Below, in pieces: positions 17,161-25,801 of a DNA stretch of 64,000 nt. The notes under the pieces were generated by a model. The model was not told where the DNA came from, did not search any database, and saw nothing but the letters and a program-made list of their open reading frames with translations. The first letter of the stretch is position 1; each line of letters begins with the position of its first letter. This DNA is from a virus, in IMG/VR virus record IMGVR_UViG_3300045988_152778, positions 1 through 64,000 of that record. One strand, given 5' to 3'. The translations under genes and the position numbers were made by a program.

Positions 17161-18747
17161 ATGTGTTTCAAAAAGGAAAACGAAATCTTTAATGAAAACT
17201 ACCCGACGGACGCCGACGAGATAGAATATTACACCAATAAGGTAGAATACATCTTTCGAGAGATAGGTATAGATAATAGCTACACTCGTTACGGAATCGA
17301 GAGAAATGTCAAGGAGTGGTATAGCGCGAAGCAGCCTATATTCGAGATATTGCGGAAACACGAAAATTGGAATGAAGAAGCAAAAGCGGTTGTGTTTCTG
17401 CGCGACGAAGTTAGAAAGGCAAATGGAGGGGTTTTCAGACGAGATTTTATTGCGCTTCAGGATTATATAGCAAATGTGTTAGCGAAACACCAAGTTGTCG
17501 GAGATTACAGCGGACGTCGAGCACTTATATGTATACGGGACTCAGCCGATAAGGAAATCAGCGAGGACGAGGCTTGTGGAATAAATTCACTCGGGTATTA
17601 CAGAGAGATAAAAGCAGGAATGAAACGCAGTCGCGTTATAAATGCGATATACAAAGACTACCCCGTAAACGGTGACAAGAAAATCGATGCAACGAAGTTT
17701 GTTGATGAGCACGAAGAGGGGTCAAGAGATTATCAGAGCTATAACAAGCTGTTCGCGAAGGTAGCCGACGACACAAACCCGCTCAAAATAAAAAGGATTA
17801 CAGTTTTGAGTGCGAACATCTGCGACTACCTGCTGATGTCAAACGGAAATTCGTGGTCGAGTTGTCATTTCATAAACAGCAGCGGTGCGTATAACGGTTG
17901 CTATAAGGCTGGAACCCTGAGCTACTCTAACGACGGCACAAGTATGGTTTTCTATACGCTGTCGAGCGACTACAATGGAAATCAGTGGTTCTTTGAGCCG
18001 AAGATAACAAGACAGATGTTCTTCTATCAAAATGGAAATCTGCTACAGTCTCGTCTGTACCCGAAGGGTTGCGACGCGGAGGGCGAGGATTATAAAGACT
18101 ACCGCGCCGTGGTGCAGGATATAATATCGAATTGCCTCGGAGTGCCGAATCTGTGGAAGAAGCTTAACGGTGACGAGTGGCCCGATATCAATACATATGA
18201 TGACTCGTTCCACTACAAGGACTATGAAGAATTCCCGTTTGAGTGTGTTATGTCGTATAACAAGGAATTTAAAGATGAAATCAATGAAGGAATTGAAATC
18301 GGCGGCAGATCCTACTGCGTGGACTGCGGTGATGAGCGTTCTTATTACGGGGATGATGACTGTCGTGAGTTGCAGTGCAATTGTTGTGCAGCCTTTAATC
18401 GTTGTGAAAGATGCGGGTGTCATTACGACCAAGACGATATGCACGAAATAGACGGCGATTGGTACTGCGAGGATTGTTGCTTCTGGTGTGAAATTCACGA
18501 GGAGTGGGAGGTCAGATATAGCTACAGAGGTGAAGATTTTAAACAGGAAGTGGAAATAAACGGCGAGTGGTACACGATGTGTGAGGCAGCGTTTGATGAT
18601 GAAGTAGTTTATTGCGACAAGTGTGGAGATTATGAATGGAAAAACGAGGCTATGTATGTGGACGAGCTTGACGAGATTCTCTGCCGCGACTGCTACGAAG
18701 ATTTCATGAATAGAAAGGAAGAGGAAAACGAAGATGAAATTGCTTAA
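17161..18747 (+). CDS. Large hypothetical protein (528 aa) with C-terminal multi-CxxC (zinc-ribbon-like) region
   Basis: In-frame ATG after AAGGAGGAAAATGAA. C-terminal third holds at least six CxxC pairs (CVDCGDE, CNCCAAFNRCERCGC, CEDCCFWC, CDKCGD, CRDC). No known catalytic motif. Confidence 0.6.
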   Translation: MCFKKENEIFNENYPTDADEIEYYTNKVEYIFREIGIDNSYTRYGIERNVKEWYSAKQPIFEILRKHENWNEEAKAVVFLRDEVRKANGGVFRRDFIALQDYIANVLAKHQVVGDYSGRRALICIRDSADKEISEDEACGINSLGYYREIKAGMKRSRVINAIYKDYPVNGDKKIDATKFVDEHEEGSRDYQSYNKLFAKVADDTNPLKIKRITVLSANICDYLLMSNGNSWSSCHFINSSGAYNGCYKAGTLSYSNDGTSMVFYTLSSDYNGNQWFFEPKITRQMFFYQNGNLLQSRLYPKGCDAEGEDYKDYRAVVQDIISNCLGVPNLWKKLNGDEWPDINTYDDSFHYKDYEEFPFECVMSYNKEFKDEINEGIEIGGRSYCVDCGDERSYYGDDDCRELQCNCCAAFNRCERCGCHYDQDDMHEIDGDWYCEDCCFWCEIHEEWEVRYSYRGEDFKQEVEINGEWYTMCEAAFDDEVVYCDKCGDYEWKNEAMYVDELDEILCRDCYEDFMNRKEEENEDEIA

Positions 18748-19753
18748 TATATTCAAGTTTCCGCAGGAAAAGCTCAAGGCTGCGCTGGTGTGTAGCCTCA
18801 GAGATAGAGGGTATGACCCGGTGGCGCGAGACGGGTTTGTATACGCGGCGGGCGAGGTTCCGGTCTTGCTCGTCGCTCATATGGACACCGTACACAAACG
18901 GACTCCTGATATCATTTGTATGTCGGAAGATAAAAGTATAATGATGTCGCCGTATGGTATAGGTGGAGACGACAGGTGCGGTATCACTATGATTCTCGAA
19001 ATTATCAAAGAACTGCGGTGTCATGTGCTCTTTACGGAGGATGAGGAAATCGGCGGCGTGGGTGCGGGAAAGTTTTGCGCGAGTGGAATAAAACCAAAAA
19101 TCAATTTCATAATCGAATTTGACCGAGCGCACGAAAGGGACGCGGTTTATTATGAGCTTGATAACGAGGTGTTTGCTGAAACGGTAGAAAAATACGGATT
19201 TAAGCGAGACTACGGTTCTTATTCGGACATAGTGGATATAGCGCCGGTACTCGGGTGTGCTGCCGTTAATTTGTCGTGTGGATATTACAACGCTCACACT
19301 CAGCACGAATTTGTTTCTCTTCCCCAGATGTACGCGCAGATAGAAAGAGCAAAAGAGCTTATAACAAACGAGAACGGAAACTTTTTTGAATGGAAGGAGT
19401 TCGTGCGCGATAGAAGTTGGGATAGCGAAAATTGGTGCTACGGCGGATGGTACGATAATTATGACTACTATGACAGCAAAAACAAATCCAAATCTAAGAG
19501 TAAAGTCAAGCCTGTGTCCAAGGAAGTGTCACTTATACCAGACGACGCATACCTTCAATCGTCAGACGGTGACTGGATTGACGTCGGAGAGGAGATAGAT
19601 GATTTCTTTGTGGATGATTCGGGAACGGTATATGTATACGACTCCGAATACTTAATGGTAATTCCATTGTTTGAATATGTGGCGATAAGCGCAAATGGAG
19701 TGCCTTGTAAAATGGATCCGGACAACAGTTTTGTGGTTGAGGTTGAAGGATAA
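18734..19753 (+). CDS. M42/M20-like metallopeptidase family protein (339 aa)
   Basis: LLVAHMDTVH (H-x-D metal ligand), GIGGDDRCGI (Asp ligand), LFTEDEEIGGVGA (EE-G motif). Overlaps the upstream gene end by 14 nt. Confidence 0.55.
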   Translation: MKLLNIFKFPQEKLKAALVCSLRDRGYDPVARDGFVYAAGEVPVLLVAHMDTVHKRTPDIICMSEDKSIMMSPYGIGGDDRCGITMILEIIKELRCHVLFTEDEEIGGVGAGKFCASGIKPKINFIIEFDRAHERDAVYYELDNEVFAETVEKYGFKRDYGSYSDIVDIAPVLGCAAVNLSCGYYNAHTQHEFVSLPQMYAQIERAKELITNENGNFFEWKEFVRDRSWDSENWCYGGWYDNYDYYDSKNKSKSKSKVKPVSKEVSLIPDDAYLQSSDGDWIDVGEEIDDFFVDDSGTVYVYDSEYLMVIPLFEYVAISANGVPCKMDPDNSFVVEVEG

Positions 19754-19771
19754 AAGGAAAGGAGAGTTAAA

Positions 19772-20434
19772 ATGAATAACGGCTTAACAATCAAAGATGC
19801 AACTGAACGCTGGGTTCACGAAATGAACGCAATCCCGCAGGGCATGATCGAGAAGCTGATGAACATCGGCGACGGGGACATCCACGAGGTGACTGAACCT
19901 GTGGTTGGCGATAGTGTGTATTTTTACGCGGATCTCAAAGGAAGTGGAGACGGAGAAATTACAGGCGTAGATAATAAAGATGATGGTGTTGTGTATACGA
20001 TTGAACTTGAAACCTTTGAGACAGTTAAAGCTTACAGACAAGAGTTCGAAGTAGTATATGATGATGCTCTTCCAATGTGGGGTACAATGTGGTCGTTTGG
20101 CGACTCCGCAGATGATTGGTGGCTTGAAGACGGAGATGGAATCAAAATCATGTCGGAGTGCGGGTTTAGAATTTACGAATCTGACGAGTTCGGATATTTC
20201 TTTGGCATAGACGGAGCGGGTTATAATTTCTACGATGCACACTGGATTCCGCTCTATAAGGCAAGAGGACTTCAATGGCACGACCCAGTAGCGGAGCAGG
20301 AATACCAAATGTTAAGCAAAGGGTATAAGAAAGAAAAATTGGGCGCGAATACATACTGGATGGACAAAAACAATAATGTAATTGAAGAAGTAATCAAAGA
20401 CTATTTTAACATTTCTTACAAGGAGGAATTTTAA
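19772..20434 (+). CDS. Hypothetical protein (220 aa)
   Basis: RBS AGGAGAG-N7-ATG; acidic, Trp-rich. Confidence 0.5.
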   Translation: MNNGLTIKDATERWVHEMNAIPQGMIEKLMNIGDGDIHEVTEPVVGDSVYFYADLKGSGDGEITGVDNKDDGVVYTIELETFETVKAYRQEFEVVYDDALPMWGTMWSFGDSADDWWLEDGDGIKIMSECGFRIYESDEFGYFFGIDGAGYNFYDAHWIPLYKARGLQWHDPVAEQEYQMLSKGYKKEKLGANTYWMDKNNNVIEEVIKDYFNISYKEEF

Positions 20435-20435
20435 A

Positions 20436-21032
20436 ATGGGATGGACAAGTTATCATGCGTCGTTCTATAAGAACGGCAAAATAGATAGAAAAGCAGAGTG
20501 CGACAGCATAATGAATTGCGATATGGTAGGCAATAAGGGGAGATATGAAGTGCTCAAATCTGCTATGGTAGGCTCTACTTACTATGCTGCTGTAAAGAAA
20601 ACCATTTTCAAAACGGGAGCTAAGCCCGAAAAGGAAAGCGTTTTTGGAGTGGTGATGCTCACGTCCGTTAACAACAAAGACTATTTTAACTTTTCTTACA
20701 AGGATATGGATGAGAGCGCTGGTCCCGGTTACTATGATTGTCCGAAAGGAATACTTGATGTGCTTACCCCTACGGAGTATGAGTGGGCAAAGGAATGGCG
20801 AGAGCGCTGCTATGAGAATATAAAAAAGAAAAAGAGTCCAGACGCACTCAGCAATCTGCCAATCGGAAGTGAAATCAAATTTACTCTGTGGGACGGTACT
20901 GAAAAACGGTTAGTAAAGCATCCGGCTGCGTATCAGTTTAGTCGTCCGTTTTGGATGAACTTAAATGAATATACATATGTGCCGGTAAACAGAATCCCTA
21001 AAAACTATGAAGTGATAAGAAGAGGCGCGTAA
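20436..21032 (+). CDS. Hypothetical protein (198 aa)
   Basis: RBS AAGGAGGAATTTTAAA-ATG. Contains a near-identical 29-nt copy (20677..20705) of the 3' end of the previous gene (20397..20425). Confidence 0.5.
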   Translation: MGWTSYHASFYKNGKIDRKAECDSIMNCDMVGNKGRYEVLKSAMVGSTYYAAVKKTIFKTGAKPEKESVFGVVMLTSVNNKDYFNFSYKDMDESAGPGYYDCPKGILDVLTPTEYEWAKEWRERCYENIKKKKSPDALSNLPIGSEIKFTLWDGTEKRLVKHPAAYQFSRPFWMNLNEYTYVPVNRIPKNYEVIRRGA

Positions 21033-21078
21033 CCATGTTTGATTATCGATAATATTAATTCAAAAAAGGAGAATTAAA

Positions 21079-21651
21079 ATGCCAAATTGGGTAACAAATC
21101 GAATTGTGTTTCACGGAAATCAGGAGAATATAGACAGGGTTCTTCAGTACATAAAAGGAAATGGGTCTGAAATTGATTTCAACAAAATTATTCCAATGCC
21201 CGACAACATTTATCGCGGTGATTTAGACAAGAGAGCGATGGGGCTGTACGGCTCAAATAATTGGTATGATTGGAGTGTGGCGAATTGGGGCACGAAATGG
21301 AATGCGCAATACTCCTCACTCGACAACAAGAATACGCTGTGGTTTGATACGGCGTGGAGCTGCCCTATACCCGTACTCAATAAGCTTGCAGAGATATGTT
21401 GCATAAACGATATTAGGTTTGAAGGGGAATGGGCTGATGAGGATCGCGGTTGTAATGTTGGTGTGTTTTGGAGCGACAACTGTGTAGACAAAAACTATGA
21501 TTTTTATTATGAATCCATAGACGACAAGACAGACGAAGCATATGACATATATGTAAAACTCAAAGGCGAGAGTGATTGTATGGGTAAGGACAGCGATGGA
21601 CATTGGATCCGTTACGATTGTGATACTTGCCCAAACAAAGACAAATGCTGA
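21079..21651 (+). CDS. DUF1281/Api92-like family protein (190 aa)
   Basis: MPNWVTNRI... and the ANWGTKWNA...FDTAWSCP motif typical of this phage/plasmid family (from memory). Confidence 0.45.
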   Translation: MPNWVTNRIVFHGNQENIDRVLQYIKGNGSEIDFNKIIPMPDNIYRGDLDKRAMGLYGSNNWYDWSVANWGTKWNAQYSSLDNKNTLWFDTAWSCPIPVLNKLAEICCINDIRFEGEWADEDRGCNVGVFWSDNCVDKNYDFYYESIDDKTDEAYDIYVKLKGESDCMGKDSDGHWIRYDCDTCPNKDKC

Positions 21652-21686
21652 AACAAAAAAATAACAAACAGAAAGGAGAGGTAAAA

Positions 21687-22691
21687 GTGAAAGCATATAA
21701 AGGTTTTGACAAAGACTTAAAGTGTCGAAATTTTCAATACGAAGTGGGAAAAGCTTATGAAGAAAAAGACGCGCAGATTTGTAAAACTGGATTTCATGCT
21801 TGTGAGAATCCTTTAGAAGTATTTAGGTATTATCCTCCGTGTAACGGGCATCGATATTGCGAAGTAGAGCAGAGCGGAACGCTTTCCAAAAGCGGTGATA
21901 GCTTTAAAGTTGCTTCTACAAAAATAAAGGTTGGCGCCGAACTTGGACTTCAAGGACTTATACAGGCTGGCATTTCGTTTATCCTCAATAAAATCAACCA
22001 GAAAGATGATGCAGTCGCAAATATAGGTTTTCGGTCAGCCGTCATAGATACGATTGTCCAAACAGCAGCCGTAAATATGGACTGTCAGTCAGCGGCAATA
22101 AATTCAGGTGATCAATCAGCAGCAGTAAATACAGGTAGCCAATCGGTCGCAGAAAACACAGGAGAATTGTCAACAGCAACGAATACAGGTAGCCAGTCAG
22201 TTGCAGTAAATTCGGGTAGTTATTCAGCAGTAGTAAATACGGGTGAGAGTTCAGCAGCAATGAACACAGGCGACTTGTCAACAGCAACGAACACGGGCAT
22301 TTATTCAGCGGCAGTAAATACAGGCTATCAATCAGTCGCCGTAAATACAGGTAGTTGGTCAGCGGCTATGAGTATAGGCATTCACTCAGTAGCAACGAAT
22401 ACAGGTAAACTATCAATAGCAAAAAATACAGGTCGTCAGTCAGCAGCAATTAATGTAGGTGATGGCTCTGCAGCGGAAGTGACAAATAGAGGGTCCGTTG
22501 CGATAGCAACAGGTCGTTATTCTAAAGCAAAAGCCAGTCTTGGCTCAGCGATCGTCCTTGTGGAGCGTGGTGATTGGAACGGTCACGTATATCCACTAAA
22601 CAATATCAAGGCGGTAATCGTAGATGGAAAGGTAATTAAGGCTGATACTTGGTACACTCTTAGAAATGGCGAATTTGTTGAGTGTGATTAA
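21687..22691 (+). CDS. Repeat protein: N-terminal KAYKGF...GFHACENP domain plus about 15 tandem 9-residue repeats (NTGxxSxAx), GTG start
   Basis: GTG preceded by GAAAGGAGAGG. Middle region NTGSQSVAENTGELSTATNTGSQSVAVNSGSYSAVVNTGESSAAMNTGDLSTATNTGIYSAAVNTGYQSVAVNTGSWSAAM... has strict 9-aa periodicity, consistent with a beta-solenoid. Confidence 0.55.
   Translation: MKAYKGFDKDLKCRNFQYEVGKAYEEKDAQICKTGFHACENPLEVFRYYPPCNGHRYCEVEQSGTLSKSGDSFKVASTKIKVGAELGLQGLIQAGISFILNKINQKDDAVANIGFRSAVIDTIVQTAAVNMDCQSAAINSGDQSAAVNTGSQSVAENTGELSTATNTGSQSVAVNSGSYSAVVNTGESSAAMNTGDLSTATNTGIYSAAVNTGYQSVAVNTGSWSAAMSIGIHSVATNTGKLSIAKNTGRQSAAINVGDGSAAEVTNRGSVAIATGRYSKAKASLGSAIVLVERGDWNGHVYPLNNIKAVIVDGKVIKADTWYTLRNGEFVECD
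22000..22480 (+). repeat. Tandem 27-nt coding repeats (about 15 copies) inside gene 21687..22691
   Basis: 27-nt periodicity under the 9-residue protein repeat. The antisense ORF 22042..22287 is a repeat artefact. Confidence 0.7.
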
Positions 22692-22712
22692 CAGAGAGGA
22701 ATTGAATTTGGA

Positions 22713-23000
22713 ATGGAATTGAAATTTGATTTAGGAATGCAGGTCATGACGCAGGGTATAGCAAATATACTCGGCGACGGTAAAATTTGCGAGGAGCTGC
22801 TCGACGCTTTCGGGCGATACACAAAGTGCGATTGGGGTGATATCCCCGAAGAGGACAAGGCTTTAAACGACGAGGCGGTTCGGGTAGGCGATGGACAAAC
22901 GCTCGCCGCATATAACACAAGTAAGGGCGAGATTTGGATAATCACAGACTTCGGCGACGAGGGTAATGTGACGACCATGCTGTTGCCGGAGGAGTATTGA
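22713..23000 (+). CDS. Hypothetical protein (95 aa)
   Basis: RBS AGAGAGGAATTGAATTTGGA-ATG. Confidence 0.45.
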   Translation: MELKFDLGMQVMTQGIANILGDGKICEELLDAFGRYTKCDWGDIPEEDKALNDEAVRVGDGQTLAAYNTSKGEIWIITDFGDEGNVTTMLLPEEY

Positions 23001-23001
23001 A

Positions 23002-23382
23002 ATGAGAATAGTTTGTACAGTAAGCGAGCTGAGTAATTATCTCGGAGAAAGGGCGCGTAGATGTATTCGTGAGGGTAGTCGATTTCCGGATTGTGACTTC
23101 GCTGTAATAGACTCTGAGAACGCGAACAAAAGCTTTGACGAGTTGCGCGATGATAATTGTGGCTGGTATGGAATAAAGGCTGTAGATACGGGGTTTAACT
23201 CCGCAGACCTAATACTGTTCTCAGATTATTATGGCGGAGGGTGCGCGTCATTTTGCTCGATATGGGAAGATTCGTGGTGCTATCAAGACGCAGGCGAAGC
23301 TATTGAGAAAACGATATTAGACACACTAAGGTGCTCTGATGTGGTTATGGGTGACAGTATGCTCATAGTAGATTTTATTTAA
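23002..23382 (+). CDS. Hypothetical protein (126 aa)
   Basis: ORF-track ORF, closely spaced. Confidence 0.45.
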   Translation: MRIVCTVSELSNYLGERARRCIREGSRFPDCDFAVIDSENANKSFDELRDDNCGWYGIKAVDTGFNSADLILFSDYYGGGCASFCSIWEDSWCYQDAGEAIEKTILDTLRCSDVVMGDSMLIVDFI

Positions 23383-23396
23383 GAAAGGGAAACGAA

Positions 23397-23624
23397 ATGG
23401 AGTATCTTGTACAGTTCAACTATTCAGGACGAGTTACATATGAGATTGAAGCAGACAACGAAGAGATGGCGAAGAGAGAAGCTGCTAATAGGTGGTTGGT
23501 TTGGGTATCGGCGGATGCGGTGGGACACAATCCCGAGTTTGCGTGTGCGGGTATTAAGTATGACACTATGACGGCTGAACGGCTAATAGACGGTGATATA
23601 AAGGAGGTAAATGAAAATGTATAA
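23397..23624 (+). CDS. Hypothetical protein (75 aa)
   Basis: RBS AGAAAGGGAAACGAA-ATG. Confidence 0.45.
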   Translation: MEYLVQFNYSGRVTYEIEADNEEMAKREAANRWLVWVSADAVGHNPEFACAGIKYDTMTAERLIDGDIKEVNENV

Positions 23625-23949
23625 ACTTGACTTTTACACAGCGATATCTAACAGAAACGACCCTAAGACCCTTAATCACTTTGAGCGGGTTAGCGGTTAT
23701 GGACAGGTAGTAAGAACTCCACGAGGAAGAGAAATCGAATTTGGTTTTGATAAGCGGAGTGACGGATGGTATGTAACCGATGTTGCTTCCGGTATGAGGA
23801 TTCCTAAAAAATATGACACAAGGATGAAAGCACTCGCCGCTCTTAACGCAGAGCTGCTTAGTAAGGTTGATAAGGCAGTAGAGAACGATACATACAAAGC
23901 TGTAGTGAAAGCTCTTAGCGAATTTAAAACAAATTCGGAGGTAGCGTGA
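23611..23949 (+). CDS. Hypothetical protein (112 aa)
   Basis: RBS AAAGGAGGTAAATGAAA-ATG. Confidence 0.45.
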   Translation: MKMYKLDFYTAISNRNDPKTLNHFERVSGYGQVVRTPRGREIEFGFDKRSDGWYVTDVASGMRIPKKYDTRMKALAALNAELLSKVDKAVENDTYKAVVKALSEFKTNSEVA

Positions 23950-23950
23950 T

Positions 23951-24088
23951 ATGACGGTGTATGAAGTGTTGGGAACATATTGCAAAAACTGCGCACACAA
24001 CGGTAATTGTTGGAAGCCGTGTGCGGCGGCGATATCGGCGGTAATGAGCGACAAGGATAAGTATAAAGAGGAGGTAATAAAGATATGA
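23951..24088 (+). CDS. Small Cys-rich protein (45 aa)
   Basis: MTVYEVLGTYCKNCAHNGNCWKPCAAAISAVMSDKDKYKEEVIKI (4 Cys). Confidence 0.35.
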   Translation: MTVYEVLGTYCKNCAHNGNCWKPCAAAISAVMSDKDKYKEEVIKI

Positions 24089-24498
24089 TACAGAGAGGCG
24101 AGTTTTATACACATTCGGACGATGATGACTTTGAGCAGAAGATGAGAGATTTGCTTTTGTTCCATAAAGTGGTTAAGGTCGAAGGAGACGATCAAAACGC
24201 CGAGTTAACCCTCGATAACGGAGTGAAGCTCTACACGGAAGGAAATCTTGGTTGCGGTGGGTGTGGCAATGGTTGGTATTATCTCGTAGCCTTGAATAAT
24301 TGCGATAATGTTATTACTAATGTCGAGGCTTGTATAGACTATAGCGACAATTCGTGTTGCGATATATACCGTCTATTCGTTTATGCGGAGGACAAAAAGA
24401 TAAATCTTGTCCAGTACGAGGGTGAAGATAATGGGTATTATGGAACGGGGTATAATGTGTATGTGAATATCCCGAAGGAAACGAAGGCGGAAATATGA
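24085..24498 (+). CDS. Hypothetical protein (137 aa), Cys/Gly-rich centre
   Basis: RBS AAGAGGAGG-N9-ATG. ...GNLGCGGCGNGWYY... Confidence 0.45.
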   Translation: MIQRGEFYTHSDDDDFEQKMRDLLLFHKVVKVEGDDQNAELTLDNGVKLYTEGNLGCGGCGNGWYYLVALNNCDNVITNVEACIDYSDNSCCDIYRLFVYAEDKKINLVQYEGEDNGYYGTGYNVYVNIPKETKAEI

Positions 24499-24531
24499 GA
24501 ACAATTATAGCAAAGTTAAAGGAGAATATAA

Positions 24532-24696
24532 ATGAATATCAAAGTAAAAATCTGTGATAAAGCTATCGAGCTTATTGATCTGTTGGCTAATATGTCGCTC
24601 GCTGATGATGAATTTGTTGATGAGATAATAGACGGTATTCGGTACAACGAGCCGTACCGAATAGAAGCAATTAGAGATGAGGTACAGAATGGCTGA
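24532..24696 (+). CDS. Small hypothetical protein (54 aa)
   Basis: RBS AAAGGAGAATATAA-ATG. Confidence 0.4.
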   Translation: MNIKVKICDKAIELIDLLANMSLADDEFVDEIIDGIRYNEPYRIEAIRDEVQNG

Positions 24697-24850
24697 AGAA
24701 ATATACTATTACATAATGGACAAGCATGGAGTAATCTATGGTAGAAGTACAAGTAAAACTCGACTTCAGGAGAAAATGAAAAACAATTTCACCGAAGCTG
24801 TTATACGGAAGTTAGGAATAGAAATCGTTGAGGTGTATGATAGCATCTGA
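24689..24850 (+). CDS. Small hypothetical protein (53 aa) directly upstream of the MazF-like gene; possible cognate antitoxin
   Basis: MAEEIYYYIMDKHGVIYGRSTSKTRLQEKMKNNFTEAVIRKLGIEIVEVYDSI. No recognisable antitoxin fold; position only. Confidence 0.3.
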   Translation: MAEEIYYYIMDKHGVIYGRSTSKTRLQEKMKNNFTEAVIRKLGIEIVEVYDSI

Positions 24851-24915
24851 GCTATCGTAAGTAAAAAATAATATGGGAGAGGAAGATTAAAATAATTAAG
24901 AGAGGAGAAATCTAC

Positions 24916-25227
24916 TTGGTTTCGCTGGACGGAGTGGGGTCTGAGCAACGGAACACAAGACCTGCGATTATAGTGCAAAACGATGTGGGAAATGCCCACT
25001 CGCCGACGACGGTTATCGTGCCTTTATCGACAAAAATAAAACCGTCTATGGCGACGACGCACGTCAAAATAACAAGTAAGCAGGGCGTAAGAGATGAATC
25101 AGAGGCGTTATGTGAGCAGTTGAGAGTTGTGGACAAATCGAGATTAGGAAGGAGAGTGGGTAAAATCACCGACGAATCGGTTATGACGGATATAACAAGA
25201 AAAATAAAAGTAGTGTGCGGCTGTTAA
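24916..25227 (+). CDS. MazF/PemK-family endoribonuclease toxin (TTG start)
   Basis: ...GSEQRNTRPAIIVQNDVGNAHSPTTVIVPLSTKIK...THVKI...LCEQLRVVDKSRL matches the PemK/MazF core (GsEq.G.RPalVvs.d.fN...tvivaPlTs). TTG preceded by AGAGGAGAAA at 8 nt. Confidence 0.7.
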   Translation: MVSLDGVGSEQRNTRPAIIVQNDVGNAHSPTTVIVPLSTKIKPSMATTHVKITSKQGVRDESEALCEQLRVVDKSRLGRRVGKITDESVMTDITRKIKVVCGC

Positions 25228-25239
25228 TTGGAGGGAAAA

Positions 25240-25494
25240 ATGGAACATCAAACAGTAGTGGCAAAAACGAAAAATGGAAATGAGTTTGTGGCTTGTTCCG
25301 GTATCGGAAGCAAGCTCTGCTCAATACATAGCTGCGAGTCGTGTCCTAAGATGAAATCAATTCGGGACAGCGCAAATAAGCTTGGATATGCTGGAAAAGG
25401 AAATGACTTTGCAGAGCTATTAAATTATCTATTCGATAAGGAGTGTGAACAGTTTGGAAATTATGCTGTTGTGGAGGTGTGTATGTCAGATTGA
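25240..25494 (+). CDS. Putative HicB-like antitoxin (85 aa, no C-terminal DNA-binding domain evident)
   Basis: MEHQTVVAKTKNGNEFVACSGIGSKLCSIHSCESCPKMKSIRDSANKLGYAGK... follows the HicB N-domain pattern (y.a..e.dedG.yva.vPdlpGC...G.T.eEA..n..eAi). Directly upstream of, and overlapping, the HicA-like gene. Confidence 0.4.
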   Translation: MEHQTVVAKTKNGNEFVACSGIGSKLCSIHSCESCPKMKSIRDSANKLGYAGKGNDFAELLNYLFDKECEQFGNYAVVEVCMSD

Positions 25495-25676
25495 CTCAAT
25501 TCAAAGTAAAAGAGTTCAAGAGAATTTTACGGGATAACGGCTATAAGGAGGTGAGGTGTTGCGGTAGCCATCAAACTTGGAGCAATGGTGCAAGCAAAAT
25601 TACTTTGCCGACGGTTAAGCTAAGTCCTGTCATAGCGGCTCGCCTCATAAAGGAAAATGATTTGAGTGTCCGATAA
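25479..25676 (+). CDS. HicA-family mRNA interferase toxin (GTG at 25479 or TTG at 25491)
   Basis: (M)TQFKVKEFKRILRDNGYKEVRCCGSHQTWSNGASKITLPTVKLSPVIAARLIKENDL matches the HicA/YcfA consensus (k.kelik.L.k.Gw..vrq.GSH..f..). Confidence 0.7.
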   Translation: MYVRLTQFKVKEFKRILRDNGYKEVRCCGSHQTWSNGASKITLPTVKLSPVIAARLIKENDLSVR

Positions 25677-25709
25677 AAGTGACAACTTACAACTGGAAAA
25701 AATTCCCTG

Positions 25710-25738
25710 TTGACAAGAGAATTTTTTAGGACTATAAT
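25710..25738 (+). promoter_or_regulatory. Consensus sigma-70-type promoter TTGACA-N17-TATAAT
   Basis: TTGACA (25710..25715), 17-nt spacer, TATAAT (25733..25738). Upstream of the membrane-protein and recombinase genes. Confidence 0.7.
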
Positions 25739-25801
25739 AAAAAATGTAAACGGAACAAATGTTCGACTAAAGTTCGATTAATGAAAGGAGAAATTTGTAA
25801 A

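Noticed and set aside
22042-22287. Minus-strand 81-aa ORF (leucine-rich) within the tandem-repeat region
   Set aside because: It is produced by the 27-nt periodicity of the sense-strand repeat protein gene and is not an independent gene.
25228-25239. TTG start at 25228 for the HicB-like ORF; 21627 ATG for the repeat protein; 30871 ATG for the N6-MTase; 52540 ATG for dUTPase; 55663 ATG for the amidase
   Set aside because: In each case a downstream in-frame start has a proper Shine-Dalgarno at 5-10 nt and the extension overlaps the upstream gene or lacks an RBS; the downstream start is preferred.
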